A DNA stretch of 64,000 nt from Microthyrium microscopicum (taxonomy: Eukaryota), in assembly GCA_010405405.1 (NCBI GenBank), contig MU004240.1, positions 448,316 to 512,315 on the forward strand, given 5' to 3'. Below are positions 25,678 to 38,996 of the stretch, one piece after another. Position numbers and translations under genes: made by a program. The notes beneath the pieces were generated by a model. The model made no database searches. It was not told where the DNA came from and saw only the letters and a program-made list of their open reading frames with translations. Positions within the stretch are counted from its first letter, which is position 1, and every line of letters begins with the position of its first letter.

Positions 25678-27967
25678 ATGGCTTCAGACGCCGCCGCTAT
25701 GATACAGGACATCCTCCCAATACCTGAATCTACCGATCCCCACAAGAAAGAAGTAGCACACGGCATGCACGAAGAACCTACTGAGTCTCATTCCATTGCC
25801 ATGGCGGAACCTGACGAAAGAGGCACTATCCAATCCGAAGCTATTCACGGCCAAGAAGTTGTGGATTTAGGATGGAATGAAGATGCTAAGAACATCTCGA
25901 ATCCATTAATCGGAGGTGTCAAGAATGAGGACCTTTGGATACTTGTTCGCCGCTTCAACAAGGTGGGTCCGACTGCAAGCTAGGAGTTTCTGGCTACTGA
26001 CAGTTTGTAGCAAATGTTTCATCTGAAGGAGACCAAAGCTCAAGTTTCTGGCGGTTTGGATCTAAACGCTGTGGATGACGAGGAGTTTTCTCCAGACAAG
26101 TTACGATCACACCTAGAGCGATTCTACATGACAGTGGTATGTACTCGTTGCCCTTGACAGGCAGTAGTAATTCGCTGACTTTTTCAAAGATTGTGGGTTT
26201 TGTCAGTGCATTCAATCATATCGCACGATTGCGGTCATGGAGAGAGACACGTCGAACAAGTATATTTGCCGGAGTCTACTTCGTCGCTTGGATATTGGAC
26301 CTTCTGATGCCAATACTCTCTGTTGTCATGATCGTTCTCATCGTTTCCCCGGAAGCACGTAAAACCATGTTCCCACCCGCTCCTCTGGCTTTAGTTAACA
26401 AAAAGACTGGAGGTAAGTTTATGACTCCCATAGCCCTTACGGCATCAAACCTTCACATCAAGATTGGCACTGACGATCTTTAGGTGTACAAAAACCCAAA
26501 GCAGGAGTCCTAGGTTCCCACGACTCCATCACCGGAGCTCCAGAGAATATGAAAGGCGAAGCCGTAGAACAAGAAGCTAGCAACTTTGTCACCAGCATCG
26601 CCTCCATTGCCCTCGCAAGCACGACTGGAAAACACCCCCAGGGTGAGCCCGATTTCGAATCTGACTCAACTCCTGGTGACAGTGTACCAGATCCTTCAGC
26701 CCTTGCGACTGGAGCTGCGACAGCAAAGGAAGCAAGCGGTGGTGTAAATGGCGCTCTCTCACACGACAAGACCAAGGTGCCCATGCAAACTGCGATGTGG
26801 GATAAAATGCGGCCCTTTATGCACGCAGTTGGTGGAATTTGTGATACATGGGAGCGGTTTGGAAATGCTTTGTCGCCAACGGCTCCATATGATCGAAGTA
26901 TATATCAGCTGCGTCTTGCTGGTTTGGTAAGATTATTCTCTTGACGGCCACTGAAACTAGTAATAGTGATCAGTATTAACATTTTTCAGGTCCTACCACT
27001 GGTTCTCGTCTCATACATCACTACACCATATATGATCATCAAAGGCATCGGCTTCGGAGCTGGATTTGGCTTCTTCGGTGATCCAATCATGACCCCAGCC
27101 ATCAACTGGCTTAACAACAAGTTTCCGAATTGGCAAAAAATCCTAGAACCCCGCAACACCATTCTCAAGGGTGTGCCAAACGACGCTCAACTCACCCTCA
27201 CTTTGCTCCGAGTCGGAGAAAACGCTCACAGTCCCCTCCCCCCACCACCAAAGCCGGAGGGACCTCCACCAGATCAACCTGCTGAGCTTAATGATGACCA
27301 CTTGCGCTCTGTCGGTGGCGACTGGCCTCTGAACGCAACTAAAGAAGAGCTGGACCTGGCTATTGCAAAGCAACCAGGCGTGGCAGAAGAAACTTCTGGT
27401 GCTGACGTACAAGCCTCTGCGGAAACAAAACATGGCAAGAAGGGTAGTCGGATTCTTGGCTTGTTCAAGAGCACCGCGAAGACTGCAGTTCGAACGGCCA
27501 TTGGTACTGATTCTCTGAAAGCTAAAGTCGGAAGCACACCAGCAAAAAATCGGCTCGGTGTTGTGCCAAGTCGCAAGGAGAATCTGCTCTCCGGACCTGT
27601 CGATTTCAAGTGTCGTTTCAAAGGACATCGAGGCCATGCATACATCACCTGGGACGGTTTCACGCCACTCCTTGCCTTCTCCACCGACAAAAAGATTGCA
27701 GAGCTGGGTACTGTTGAGAGAGATGAGGGAGAATTGAATCCTGATTGGAAGATCGATATCACTCAGGTTGCCGAGTTGCGCAAGGTTGGTGGTTATGGCT
27801 GGAAGGCTAAACTGGTTGTTGGTTGGGCATTGGACCGAGAAGTCGCTGATGCTCTGGAAATTGTGTGCCGTGATGGGTCGCAAACTCTGCTGACTGCCAT
27901 TCCTTTGCGTGACGAGCTCTTCAATCGAGCTTGCGCTATGGGTGGCCAGAAATGGGAGTCCATGTGA
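25678..27967 (+). CDS. DUF3292-family membrane protein
   Basis: VDLGWN...NEDLWILVRRFNK|QMFHLK...EEFSPDKLRSHLERFYMTV...RLRSWRE...DTWERFGNALSPTAP...RDELFNR. Four canonical introns. Confidence 0.8.
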
Positions 27968-28092
27968 GAGACTGTACGATGTCGACCAATACTTGCATGA
28001 CTGTATGATTTACGGCCAAAAGATACCCTAGGTATACCTCTCCCTGTATCATTAATATGAATGATCATCACTTTAGACTCTCTTGTTTTCTT

Positions 28093-29012
28093 TTAGGTCG
28101 GTGCCTTTGTAACTTGTTCGCTACTGAACATTAGCAGCCATAATCCCCTTCCTGTAGCTCAACTCACCCATAAGTGTCCCGTAGCTTTGGAATTGGCTTG
28201 AGCGCCAGATAAATGACCAGACAAGCCACATTCCTCACCGTTGCCCGCTGCGGAACGTCCATAAACACCGAATTCTCATTGTCATCCTCATCTTTCATAA
28301 CCCCGCCGTCCAAAGCTTCCTTCGTGACATCTTTTTTGACTCGTGCAACTTGTCTTTCAAGCCGCGTCCACACGCCTGTATACTGATACACCGTCTGCGC
28401 AAACTCGCGCTTTGCGACTTCTGCCACACTTATTGCCTTGTTGCTGGCTTTTGCATTGCCTACTATCGACACTAGCACCTCGCGTCGACCTTGAGTGCTC
28501 CTTTGCTCCTCCTCATTGCCATTTTCTCCAGTATTCGTCTGCTGAGTAGCTTGCTGCTGACTATCCTTGATTGCCTGCTCTTTTGCAAGCCGTAGCGCAC
28601 TCAACACCTGCTTGACCTTATTCTCGATCTTAGAAGAGGGCTTGATTACAATGGAATGCAAATCATGCGAGGCGCGTAGTACGGGATCATCGCTGTGCGG
28701 CGGGAAGAGTTCTCGGGCAGGCTCGTCTGCGTGTAAGGGGATGGGTGGTGGTGGGCCGCGAACTTCGCCAGGCTGGCGAGTGGTTATACGAGTAATCTCA
28801 CGTGCATCCAGCGCAGTTGATGGGGCATCGGGAGCGGCTCGGTCTGTATTGGTTGCTCCAGTTGTGGCTGCTTCGTTCGTAGCTACTTCGTCTGGCGATT
28901 TGATGACTGGCTTTTGGTTGCTGAGAGCTTTGGCGCGGTTCTTGTGGGACTTTGTGGATTTTGGGTGCTGGCTGGCCCTTGGCGGATGTTTGGTTTTGGA
29001 ATTTCGGGCCAT
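28093..29012 (-). CDS. Alba-like DNA/RNA-binding domain protein
   Basis: IVIKPSSKIENKV, NAKASNKAISVAEVAKRE, YQYT and CLVIYLALKPIPKL motifs. A terminal intron adds GEQVTKAPT. Confidence 0.75.
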
Positions 29013-29943
29013 TTCGTAGATTGATGGCAAGACATATGTTGACTGCTTTGTCAGATGTTTAAAGTTCACGATGTACTGATATCCAGCTTGAGAAAGATAG
29101 TGGAGCTTTAAGGAGCTTGGACTCATTTGATTGACCAATCAGAAATGACCACAAACTAACCTCCTTCGCTATCGCGATAGTCCGATAAATTGTTGAGTTT
29201 CCATGATCAGCACACCTTAGCAATCAAAACGCAATTCCCACGTTCTCGTCACTAGATTACGTATCTAAATCATCTGTCCACCAGATGGCCTGCGTTTCTG
29301 GGGATCTCTTAATCTTCTAGAAGCTAAGCCAGGGCAGCCGGAGGTCCACGCGTCGGAGCCTCAGATATCTGTCCAGAAACGTCCATACGGCCCGACGATG
29401 CGAGCTCTTCGACATCCTTTCGCCGGGACCATGGTTTGACGTTTGGCAACTGGGCTGTTGAACACGCGACAACCTGATGCTCCGAATTCGCTGTTTCGCA
29501 CGTCTCAAACAGGGCCTGGCGATTTGGTACGGAGTACATACATATCGCAATGCGAGCAAATTGCTTCGAAAGGTGCTTATAATCGTACCGAGGTTTCCAG
29601 AGCGCTCTCTTGAACCGGGAACCATCGGTGATGATTCCGACCTTTCGCCCTATGCAGTCAGGCGGGTGTTCAGGGCGAAGGTTTTAAAGTGCTTCCAGAC
29701 GTGAACTTGTCGTAGAAGTATCCGAGGCCATGGGTCACGACTTTACAGACAAGGGTTTTGTCGGAAATATGACGAATTATCTAAATTTGGGCTAAGCTCC
29801 ATGTAGCAAAGGTCAACATGTCTCATTCACATGGTATATATCTGGCGAATTGTAGCACAATTGAGCATGGAACTGCTAGCGAAATTCTGCTTTCATTTTG
29901 GGAAGCTTTGTGCTGGCAAGGCCAAGTTTGGTCAAGTTTTATT

Positions 29944-30831
29944 ATGGGAACTCGTCGGGTACAACATGTTGATTTAGAGTCGAGTTTGGAAGCGAGAATA
30001 CAGTTCTTGCATTCTTTTCTTGATTTTACTTCTAGTAAGCTGATCGCGTGTGCTTATAGCAAGGTGCCTGACTAACAAGTTTCAGATGACATAACTACAC
30101 TCTTAGGTGGTGGGAAATATATTCGACCTTCGATCCCTTCTATAGTAGATTCTTTCTACAAGAAGCTCCTAAGCTACGATGTAACCGCAAACCATTTTGG
30201 CACCCGTAGTTCGGGCTACGAAGGTGCCGTAGACAAAACGCCGCACGGATCTTCTCCCCAAATGGAGTATCGCAAGCTCGTACAAATCTCCGTACACTAA
30301 TTCTACCCCCAATAATATACTGATATCTCTCAGATCCTACGCGGCTATCTCCAAAAGCTCTTCTCCGACGCCAGTAAGATGGAATACTGGGAATATCTCG
30401 ACAAAGTCGGCATCAAACACGCCTCCTCACCGCTACAAACCTCTCAGCCTACCTCACAATGCATGGATATCGCTTTCATCCACCTCGGCGCGTCGCTCGG
30501 CTATCTCCAAGACTTGCTGAACGAAGCAATACTACTACACCCACGGCTAAAAAGCGAACGAAAACTCGCGCTCGTCAAAGCGGTCGGAAAGATCATATGG
30601 ATCCAAAATGACCTTTTCGCGCGCTGGCAGGTACAAGACTCGGGTGGAAAGAGATTGGTTCAGCCAAAAGTGTCAGAAAGTGGAGGTTTGGAAAGTGGAG
30701 GCTACTTGGAGAGCGAAGGGTATCTGCATGGGACGAATGTGCTGGCGCGCGCAGAGAATGTTGGCATGGAGCCAGAGACGCCGATGGAGGAGATTGGCTG
30801 CCCATTTGATGATGCGTTTGGGAAGCGGTAA
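29944..30831 (+). CDS. Stand-alone protoglobin / globin-sensor domain protein
   Basis: Spliced model (introns 30035-30085, 30280-30333): LEARIQFLHSFLDFTSND...FYKKLLSYDVTA...LRGYLQKL...EYWEYLDKVGIKH...FIHLG...KIIWIQNDLFARW. Confidence 0.85.
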
Positions 30832-31551
30832 GAGCAATGGGTGGACAGGAAAGAAGCCGCGTGCGCTTATCGAGTACGATGTCTTTCAATGACTGCGTTC
30901 TGTTATGAAAGGGGTTCATCTTCCGACTCACAAGGAATGGATGGCGGTGGCCGTCAATATTGATGATAGCGTGCTACGTATGTTGTCCAGCTTGTAAGCA
31001 ATGATGTTCGCGGAATGGCATTGGAAGTCAGTGGCGTTCTATGTATTGCTGGAAAACCAGTTTGAAAGCAGTCATGCATGCTTCGAAGAGGTAATATGTA
31101 TTATATCATTGTATTATAGCATTGTTTGGTACTCTGCCTTTGACAACATGAGATAGGAAGAGCCTGTCGTGGCACATTTGTGTGCTTTAGATCAAAGAAA
31201 TTCCAAAGACTTGGCGATTTCCCGGTGAGCCTTCCAGTCTGATTCTATATATGTCGTTATACCCTGATAGTCCAACCACTTAAGGAAGTTGTCTTGTTAC
31301 CAATGCTCATTGGTCAGGAATAACCACCCTCGTCATTATACATTAGAGCCATTGCCAAGCGGTGGACATCTCCAAGACCAGAAAGGACAACACCTCTTCG
31401 CGATTTTCTAAGATAACAAGCAGAAACTTCAGCTCAAGCTTGCCCGGCTAAACTATCAACACTACCCGGATTTCAACGTTTGAGACTGATCGGGATGCAG
31501 AAGACGGCGGGAGAAGCCTGGCCAGACAAGCCGTATCGGGAATAGGGAATA

Positions 31552-34500
31552 ATGGACCTTTATCCTGATGGTAAAGTCGATACGAAGGAAATCGTTGAGA
31601 CGGAAAGCAGCGAAATCAATGACTCTACTACATCGTTGTCCAATGAACCGCAAAGGGTCTCCTTGATTTCAAGATTGAGACATAACGCATTTGGACTATA
31701 TTCGAAAGTTGTCTTGGACTGGTTATTAAGACGAAAACCACTGCCACCTTCGAAATGTGGTCGTCATATTCCGCTTCGCTGGAGCGGACCATTGATAGAC
31801 GAAAGAAGAAAACAGCCGTATATTTCAAATGCTATTCGGACTGCAAGATACACCGTTTACGATTTCTTGCCTAAGCAGTTCATATTCCAGGCCACGCGGC
31901 TCAGCAACTTCTATTTCATTTGTATCGGAGTTCCTCAAGCAATTCCTGGAATTAGTACTACAGGAAACTACACTACGATTCTACCCTTGGTAGGTCTCCT
32001 TTCTTGTAATATTCATCTTGATCATTGGCAGACGCCACGTCGAAGCGCTAGTATGTCGTAAAGCCATTGAGCGCTTTTCGGCAACTGACCAAATTGTCAA
32101 AATCTTGTATTGACCAGCGCATATCTTTTCTATCGTGGGCTAACGCTGACGGCCTAGTTATTTTTTCTGTGCTTGACTGTAGCCAAGGAGGGATATGACG
32201 ATTTCAAGCGACACCGGCTCGACAAAGTAGAAAACATTCGAAATCTGGCGACGGTGCTACAAGATGGGCAATCAGTCGGTATAAACCATCATTGGCTCTC
32301 CTTCCCAATTATACATAAGCTTTTCTGCTTTTGGCATATCCAAAAGCCAAGACTGAATCCTTGCGATGGATGGACTAAAGTTCAATGGCAGCAACTCAAG
32401 GTTGGCGACATCATACGACTGGAACGCGATGAAGCAGTTCCTGCCGACATCACTTTGCTATCTACAGACCGCGACGATTGTCTCGCATACATCGAAACTA
32501 TGGCTTTGGACGGGGAGACGAATCTCAAAAGCAGACAAGCGCCAAAGTCTCTCCAGGAATCATGTCGCAGTCTGGAAGGGGCTCGGAATTGCGACGCAGA
32601 ATTCTTCACTGAAGACCCCAACTCAAATTTGTACGACTTTACTGGAAATTTCACGCTCGGAGATCGAACCGAACCACTAACTCTAAACAACGTTGTGTTC
32701 CGTGGAAGTGTGCTAAGAAACACCAAGTACGTTACCGGATTGGTAGTCTTCACTGGAGAAGAATGCAAGATTCGCAATAACGCCAATCATCATCCAAAGG
32801 CCAAGAAGCCACGGTTAGAACAGTATGCGAACCAAATTGTTCTGACTCTAGTGGCCTATGTCATCATTCTCACTGCTGGCTGCTCAGCAGGTTATTATCT
32901 CTGGCATAAATCTACGGAACAATACTCGTTCTATCTGAATAACGCTTTCGTCAAGTATCGCGACATCATCATTGGATTCGCAATCACATTCAACAACGTC
33001 ATTCCGTTGGCCTTGTACGTCTCTCTAGAGATTGTCAAGATTGGTCAATTGCTTCTTCTCAACAATGACGTTGAGATGTATGATGAAGCCTCTAATACAC
33101 CCATGCAATGCAACACCAACACCATCTTGGAGAACCTTGGACAAGTAGACTACATTTTGACTGACAAGACTGGTACACTGACGGAGAATGTTATGCAGTT
33201 TCGGCGCATGTCCGCAATGGGCGCCATCTGGAACCATGACAAGCCCGCGGATGCAGTGCACAGTTCGACGAGCACTGGGAATTCGAACGAGAAAGCTGGT
33301 TCATCTTCGACGAGTCATCTGGTGGAGTACTCACAAGAGAATCCTGACTTACCATTTGCGCAGCGGGCACGCGACTTTGTTCTCGCAATGACACTTTGTC
33401 ACACCTGTTTACCAGAGTACGACGGAGAAAGCTTGAGTTATCAAGGCTCATCTCCTGATGAAGTCGCATTAGCCCAAGCAGCGCAGCAGCTTGGCTTTTC
33501 AGTATTGTCTCGAACATCTGAATCAATGACTGTGAAGGAGCGATTGCCTAATGGAACTGATAAGGTAACACACAAACCATAATAAAAAGTCGAACATGAT
33601 GTTGCAAGAGCGCCTCAAAATCGGGTTGGCGACCATAACATCCAATGGCTCCAATATACTATGTCTTGGACAAAGTACTATGGTTCTATTGAATATGATG
33701 GCCGCCAGAGCGTGCTAGGGGAATCTAGCACTCGCTGGCATTGGATCAACACGATACTGACTGAGTTCAGGAGCACGTTTACATAATCCTGGACATCATC
33801 GAATTTAGTAGCAATCGAAAGCGGATGTCAATAGTTGTCAAATGTCCCGATGGTCGCATATGGTTGATTTGCAAGGGCGCCGATAATGTTATCCTTCCGC
33901 GGCTCAAATTAGCCAACCTAGCTGAAGAAAAGGCGGTAGCAGTACGAGAGAGTCTAGAGATCTCCCATGAGCTCCTTCGAACTCAGGAACAGCAACAAGA
34001 GCGTGCCAGTCTGGACTACCGTATGAAGCAATTTGTGAACCTACGTCAGGAAGAACGCCCATCGTTCAGTAAGAGTATCAGACCATCATTCAACGATTTT
34101 AGACCAGCGCAAGATGTGGGCATACCAACAGACGGTTCAATCTTGCCAGACTCCGCCATCTTCACCAACACGTTCCTACACATCGAATCCTTTGCCGAAG
34201 AAGGACTACGAACACTTCTTCTAGCTGATAGGTATTTGACTCTGGCTAAATATACTTCCTGGGCCAAAGTCTATCAAGACGCTACTACATCGTTAATCAA
34301 TCGACAACAACGCATAGAAGCAGCTGCCGAGTCCATTGAGCAATCCTTTCAGCTTCTTGGTGCTACAGCGATCGAAGACAAACTGCAAAAAAAGGTTCCT
34401 GAAACGATCGAAAAGCTGCGTCGAGCAAACATCCGCATTTGGATGCTCACGGGCGATAAACGAGAGACTGCCATCAATATCGCTCATTCCGCCGGCATTT

Positions 34501-35786
34501 GTAAACCAACTTCCGAAATATTTGTCCTCGACTCCGAAAAGGACAGCATACCCAGTCAACTCCAAACCGTGGCCACCGACATGCAAAGCTCAAGTCACAA
34601 AGTCCTTGTCATCAACGGTGACACTCTCAGTCACATCGAACAGCGCCCCCATCTCCGCGCCCACTTCTACTCCCTGATACCGGCTGTTGACTCCGTAATA
34701 TGCTGCCGTGCCTCACCCTCTCAAAAAGCTGGCATCGTCAACGCAATCCGGCACCAACAACCCAACGCCCTCACCCTCGCAATCGGCGATGGCGCCAACG
34801 ATATCGCCATGATCCAAGCATCCCACGTCGGGGTAGGAATCTCCGGTAAAGAAGGTCTTCAAGCTGCCCGCGTGTCCGATTACTCTATCGCGCAATTCCA
34901 CCACCTTCAACGACTCCTCCTGGTACATGGACGGTACAACTACATCCGTACTGCCAAATTCATCCTCATGACGTTTTGGAAAGAGATGTTGTTCTATCTG
35001 CCGCAAGCTCTGTACCAGCGGTACAATGGGTACACAGGCACATCTTTGTATGAGAGTTGGTCTCTGACTGTGCTTAATACGCTGTTCACGTCGTTGTGTG
35101 TGATTATCATGGGCATGTTTGAGCAAGACCTGAAGCCTGAGACATTGTTAGCTGTACCGGAATTATACAGATACGGCCAGAAGAACATGGGCTTGAATAT
35201 CGTGAGTTATCTTGGCTGGATGGTAGGAGCCGTGGTACAGGGGCTTATAATTTGGTTCGTTGCATGGGCAGGCTATGGGAGGGTGAATGTCACGGATCAG
35301 GGGATATTTGCCATTGGTGATTTGTGTTTTACGATGGGCATTCTATGGACGAATTGGAAACTGTTGTAAGTTCCTGTCTCTAAGCCCCTTACCGTTTCGT
35401 TGCTAACGAATATCAGTATCATCGAAACGCACTACAAGACGCGAGTCGTCATGATATCATTCTTCATCACAGTAGGCGGTTGGTGGATCTGGAATATCTT
35501 CCTGGCCAAGGCTTATAATCCATGGCCAAATCCGTATGGTGTACGGAATGGTTTTACAGAGTCATTTGGTCGGGATCCGTATTGGTGGCTTACGCTGATT
35601 CTGATATTTGGAATCTTAATGGTGTTGGATTATGGGTATAAGGCTGGCAAGAGATGTTTCGTGCTTGAACCGGTACTTAAGAGGTTAAGATGGAATAGAG
35701 GCGCAATTGGGGACGAAGCGAGTCAGTGGGATGTTGCGTTATGGCAGGAGCTTGAGCGGGAAGCGCAGCGGAGGAAGAAGGATTGA
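31552..35786 (+). CDS. DNF3: P4-type ATPase phospholipid flippase, Dnf3-like
   Basis: LDGETNLK, DKTGTLTEN, SSPDEVAL, KGAD, MLTGDK and GDGAND motifs. Introns 31990-32157, 33565-33770 and 35366-35416. Confidence 0.9.
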
Positions 35787-37071
35787 TGTTTTGCAAAATA
35801 CCCATGGGTATATGATATCCATTGAACGAGTTATTTTCAGATGGGAAGGATTACTACACATGTTTGGATGATAATGATATGGAATATGTGTGGCTGACTT
35901 GAAACTGATCGGCTAAAAGCACCAGGTCTTTGTGGCTTTGAAGTTTGAAGTATATCGATCCGGTGGCTAATTAGAGAGATTGATAATGAGAATCTCAATT
36001 AATCCTGCAGACATCGTCTCATATGTATGATGTGAACTTGGGGATTCACAGGCTCAGCCACATATATCAATGAACTATGTCGCATCAATGGATATTAGGA
36101 TTTTCCCCACTGATCCCAGTGAATCCCATGGAAAAAGACGTCACGCCATTTCATGATCAGTATGCGGTTGGCCTAGATAGCATGAATTCTTGATATTAGA
36201 TTGGCGGGCTTAAGATGATATCTATATTACTGAACGTATACCATATTGATAGATAGATAATCTTAACAACTAGGGCTCCTTTTGTTAAGCGATGACCTTG
36301 AGTATTTCAGTGAAAAGGTGAGACAATATGTATCCCCCTATTCAAAGGACCGTAGAACAGGTTGATGGATGCTTGTCTCCCGTGCTAAGCTTTTTAGTTT
36401 GTACGAGTTAAATGAGTAGAAGCTCATTTATGGCGTTGAACTGGGGCTTGAAGCTGGACATAAGCTTCATTTGTACTACCTGTTGAACAAAGCTCAAAGA
36501 TCCAAGACCTAATCCACAGCCATCTTGTGAAAGGTCATCCATCGGGCGCATGGAATAAATTGTGTAACCAAGAGAAATACAGCGTAGCCCTGCCTAGTTC
36601 CAGTATCTGGGGCGGGAATACATTCTATTAAGCATTTGATACTTCAGAGGAGTGGCTTGTAGGAGGCAGGGCTCTTGTGATATTCGATAGGATGTATATG
36701 CAAGGCGGGTAAATTGATTGGACTAGTTCATTGGATTTGGCGTTGGTTGAGCGGGCGGATCGTGAAGTGGTCTAGATTTAATTGCATTGCAAGGCTGGGG
36801 CCATAATGGATTTGATGTAACGATAGAACATGGTGGTTTAATATGTAGCTGCCTTGCTTTTCCGTTTGAAGTGTGAGTTCTTTATCTTTTCAATCTTGTT
36901 TCTTGATCGAATTTCATTCAAGTCAAGTCAAGGTATATTTGCAAGTTTGCTCCTTCTCCCAATAAATCTGCCAAGTTACAGTACGCCACGAGACAGATCT
37001 AGATCCATCGTGCTCCAGGTGTAAGGGAAGCTACCAACGCAGCCAAGCAACCTCATTTGGTAATTCCAACT

Positions 37072-37122
37072 CGCTCCTGCCATACGAACCAACGATCCTG
37101 CCGTACGAACCAAACGCTCCTG
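37072..37122. repeat. ~21-22-bp tandem repeat (about 2.4 copies) upstream of the RCR-like gene
   Basis: cgctcctgccatacgaaccaa-cgatcctgccgtacgaaccaaa-cgctcctgc. Confidence 0.75.
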
Positions 37123-37286
37123 CAAATTGCTAAACAAGCCTAGTATCCTCTGAGTCTCTTTTCTTGAAATCTTGATCCAAGCTTTCTCTCTCCTACATCC
37201 TCAACTTCTGAATTGCATCGCATTCCATCACCACCAAACCATCAATCAAATACACTCAGTATTTCCATCAAACATCTATCACCGCA

Positions 37287-37857
37287 ATGGAGTCCACCCT
37301 TCAAATGCTAGAGGCTCGCAACCTCATTGTCGCACGCGCTGCTCATGTGTACGTCATTCTGCTCCAGCTTTAATCACCCATCGACATGTCACTAACCTAA
37401 CGACTAGCTACTGCTCAACAGACAAGCACGGAAACCGAGTCTGCAAAAAGGAGAACTTCTTTCATCGCGTCGGTCGCTGGATCCTCACTGCAATCCTGAT
37501 CTTCTTCGGTCTGATTGCTCTCATGATCCTCTGTTGGTACGTTGACTCTTAAACTCCATGCTTTTTCATCGTGTAGCTAACCATGTATTTCTCCATAGCT
37601 GCATTCGCCGCAAGCGATCCAAGAAGGTAAGTCGTCCATCCATCATCTCTTTAATGTTTTTGTTCCTAACAGAGTTGCAGAACAAGGAAGCTCAAGCAGT
37701 CGGTTACCAAGGGTATGCAAACCCAGCGCCTACCATGGCCGCTGCTCCCTATCCTCCACCTCCACAAGCCCATATTGACTCGAAGCCCGGACAGATGAGT
37801 GGAGTGACTGGCAATACCCAGCCAGGCGGAGCTGCCGCTTCATACTACAACCATTGA
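37287..37857 (+). CDS. Small single-pass membrane protein, RCR (resistance to Congo red)-like
   Basis: Four exons: MESTLQMLEARNLIVARAAHVYCSTDKHGNRVC...GRWILTAILIFFGLIALMILCCCIRRKR...APYPPPPQ. TM segment followed by a Cys cluster, a basic patch and a Pro/Tyr tail. Confidence 0.7.
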
Positions 37858-38996
37858 GAGCTTGTGCTTGTCAAAGCCGTGAAGGGTTGCAGGCTGGCAA
37901 AGGAATAGATTGCAGATGGAGCTCGAGAAAAAGGCGGCGGTGGGAGAGAAAGGAAAGTGCTGTTTTAGTGGCGGGACCAGGGAGTTAGGATTAGCTGAGC
38001 ATGATAGTCCAGTCAGCTTTTTTACACGGCATCGGGAATGAAGATAATCGTATTCAATGTTTGTCAATCCAGGAACCAGACTAAACGGCGTAGCCCAAAG
38101 CAGCGTTGCAAGAAGCCATCCGCTACGTTCTATTATCGCTTACCGTATGTCCCATTGAGCACATAGACAAAGTGTGAAATACTGAGCAAGATGGGATTCA
38201 AAGAGATCATAAGGTGAGGTGGTAGACATCGCGTTCTACGAGAGCTCGGCATTTAGCTCGTTGAACCGTTGAATAGTGAAGCTGTGATGAAGTTAACGAT
38301 GATGGAGACTTGAAAAGGACTTTTGAAGATCGGCGATTTGCACATGGAGAATGGCTCTAACTCGACATGGGAAAACGTGGGCGCCACTTCGGTCTAATGC
38401 AGCATTGTCGACCATAAAACATGGCAACCCTGCATTTCAACTTGAAATGTTGGAGAAGAGGCGATTTTCAACATTGAAGGGTTGGATATGACAGAATGTT
38501 GGTGTTGGGCTGAGAGTAGAAATAAAACAAGGAACATGACATTTTTAGGTCGAGGAAAAATAACAGAGGCTGATATCTAAAGGGAGAGTGGTATTTGAGA
38601 CACTGTTACATTGTTAATATAGGTACGATAGGGTCAAGTTTTACGGAAAAATCAGCAAAAAGGAAAAGAAGATACAGCACAGTTACTGGGGAATTCCTAG
38701 CAGATGAAGATTTTGATGTTTAATTAGTGAAGGATTGGCTGAAGAGTAGTGCAACGGTCGCTAATTGTAGCTGCAAGTCCTACCACTATGCATTGCATTG
38801 ACACCTTTGGCTTTGCTTTGGCTTTGGCTTTGGCTTTGGTGTGATTTCGCTTGCTTTGCCTTGCTCCATTGCCAAAGGCTTGCCGAACTGCCTCTTCTCC
38901 TCTTGGCCTTTACCTACTCGATCATCCTGTTAATATTCCTATCGAGCTTTCTCATACCCTTCTACCAGCGGGGGGTCATGGTGAGAATTCTCGATT

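Noticed and set aside
27143..27883. 246-aa minus-strand ORF (and similar ORFs at 12527, 24623, 28567, 39890 and 55667)
   Set aside because: They lie antisense to well-supported genes and have no protein-like motifs.
33692..33740. Strong hairpin in flippase intron 2
   Set aside because: An isolated stem without consistent snoRNA boxes or a guide sequence.
38425..38485. Nested inverted repeats upstream of SSK1
   Set aside because: Short, AT-rich and compatible with chance.
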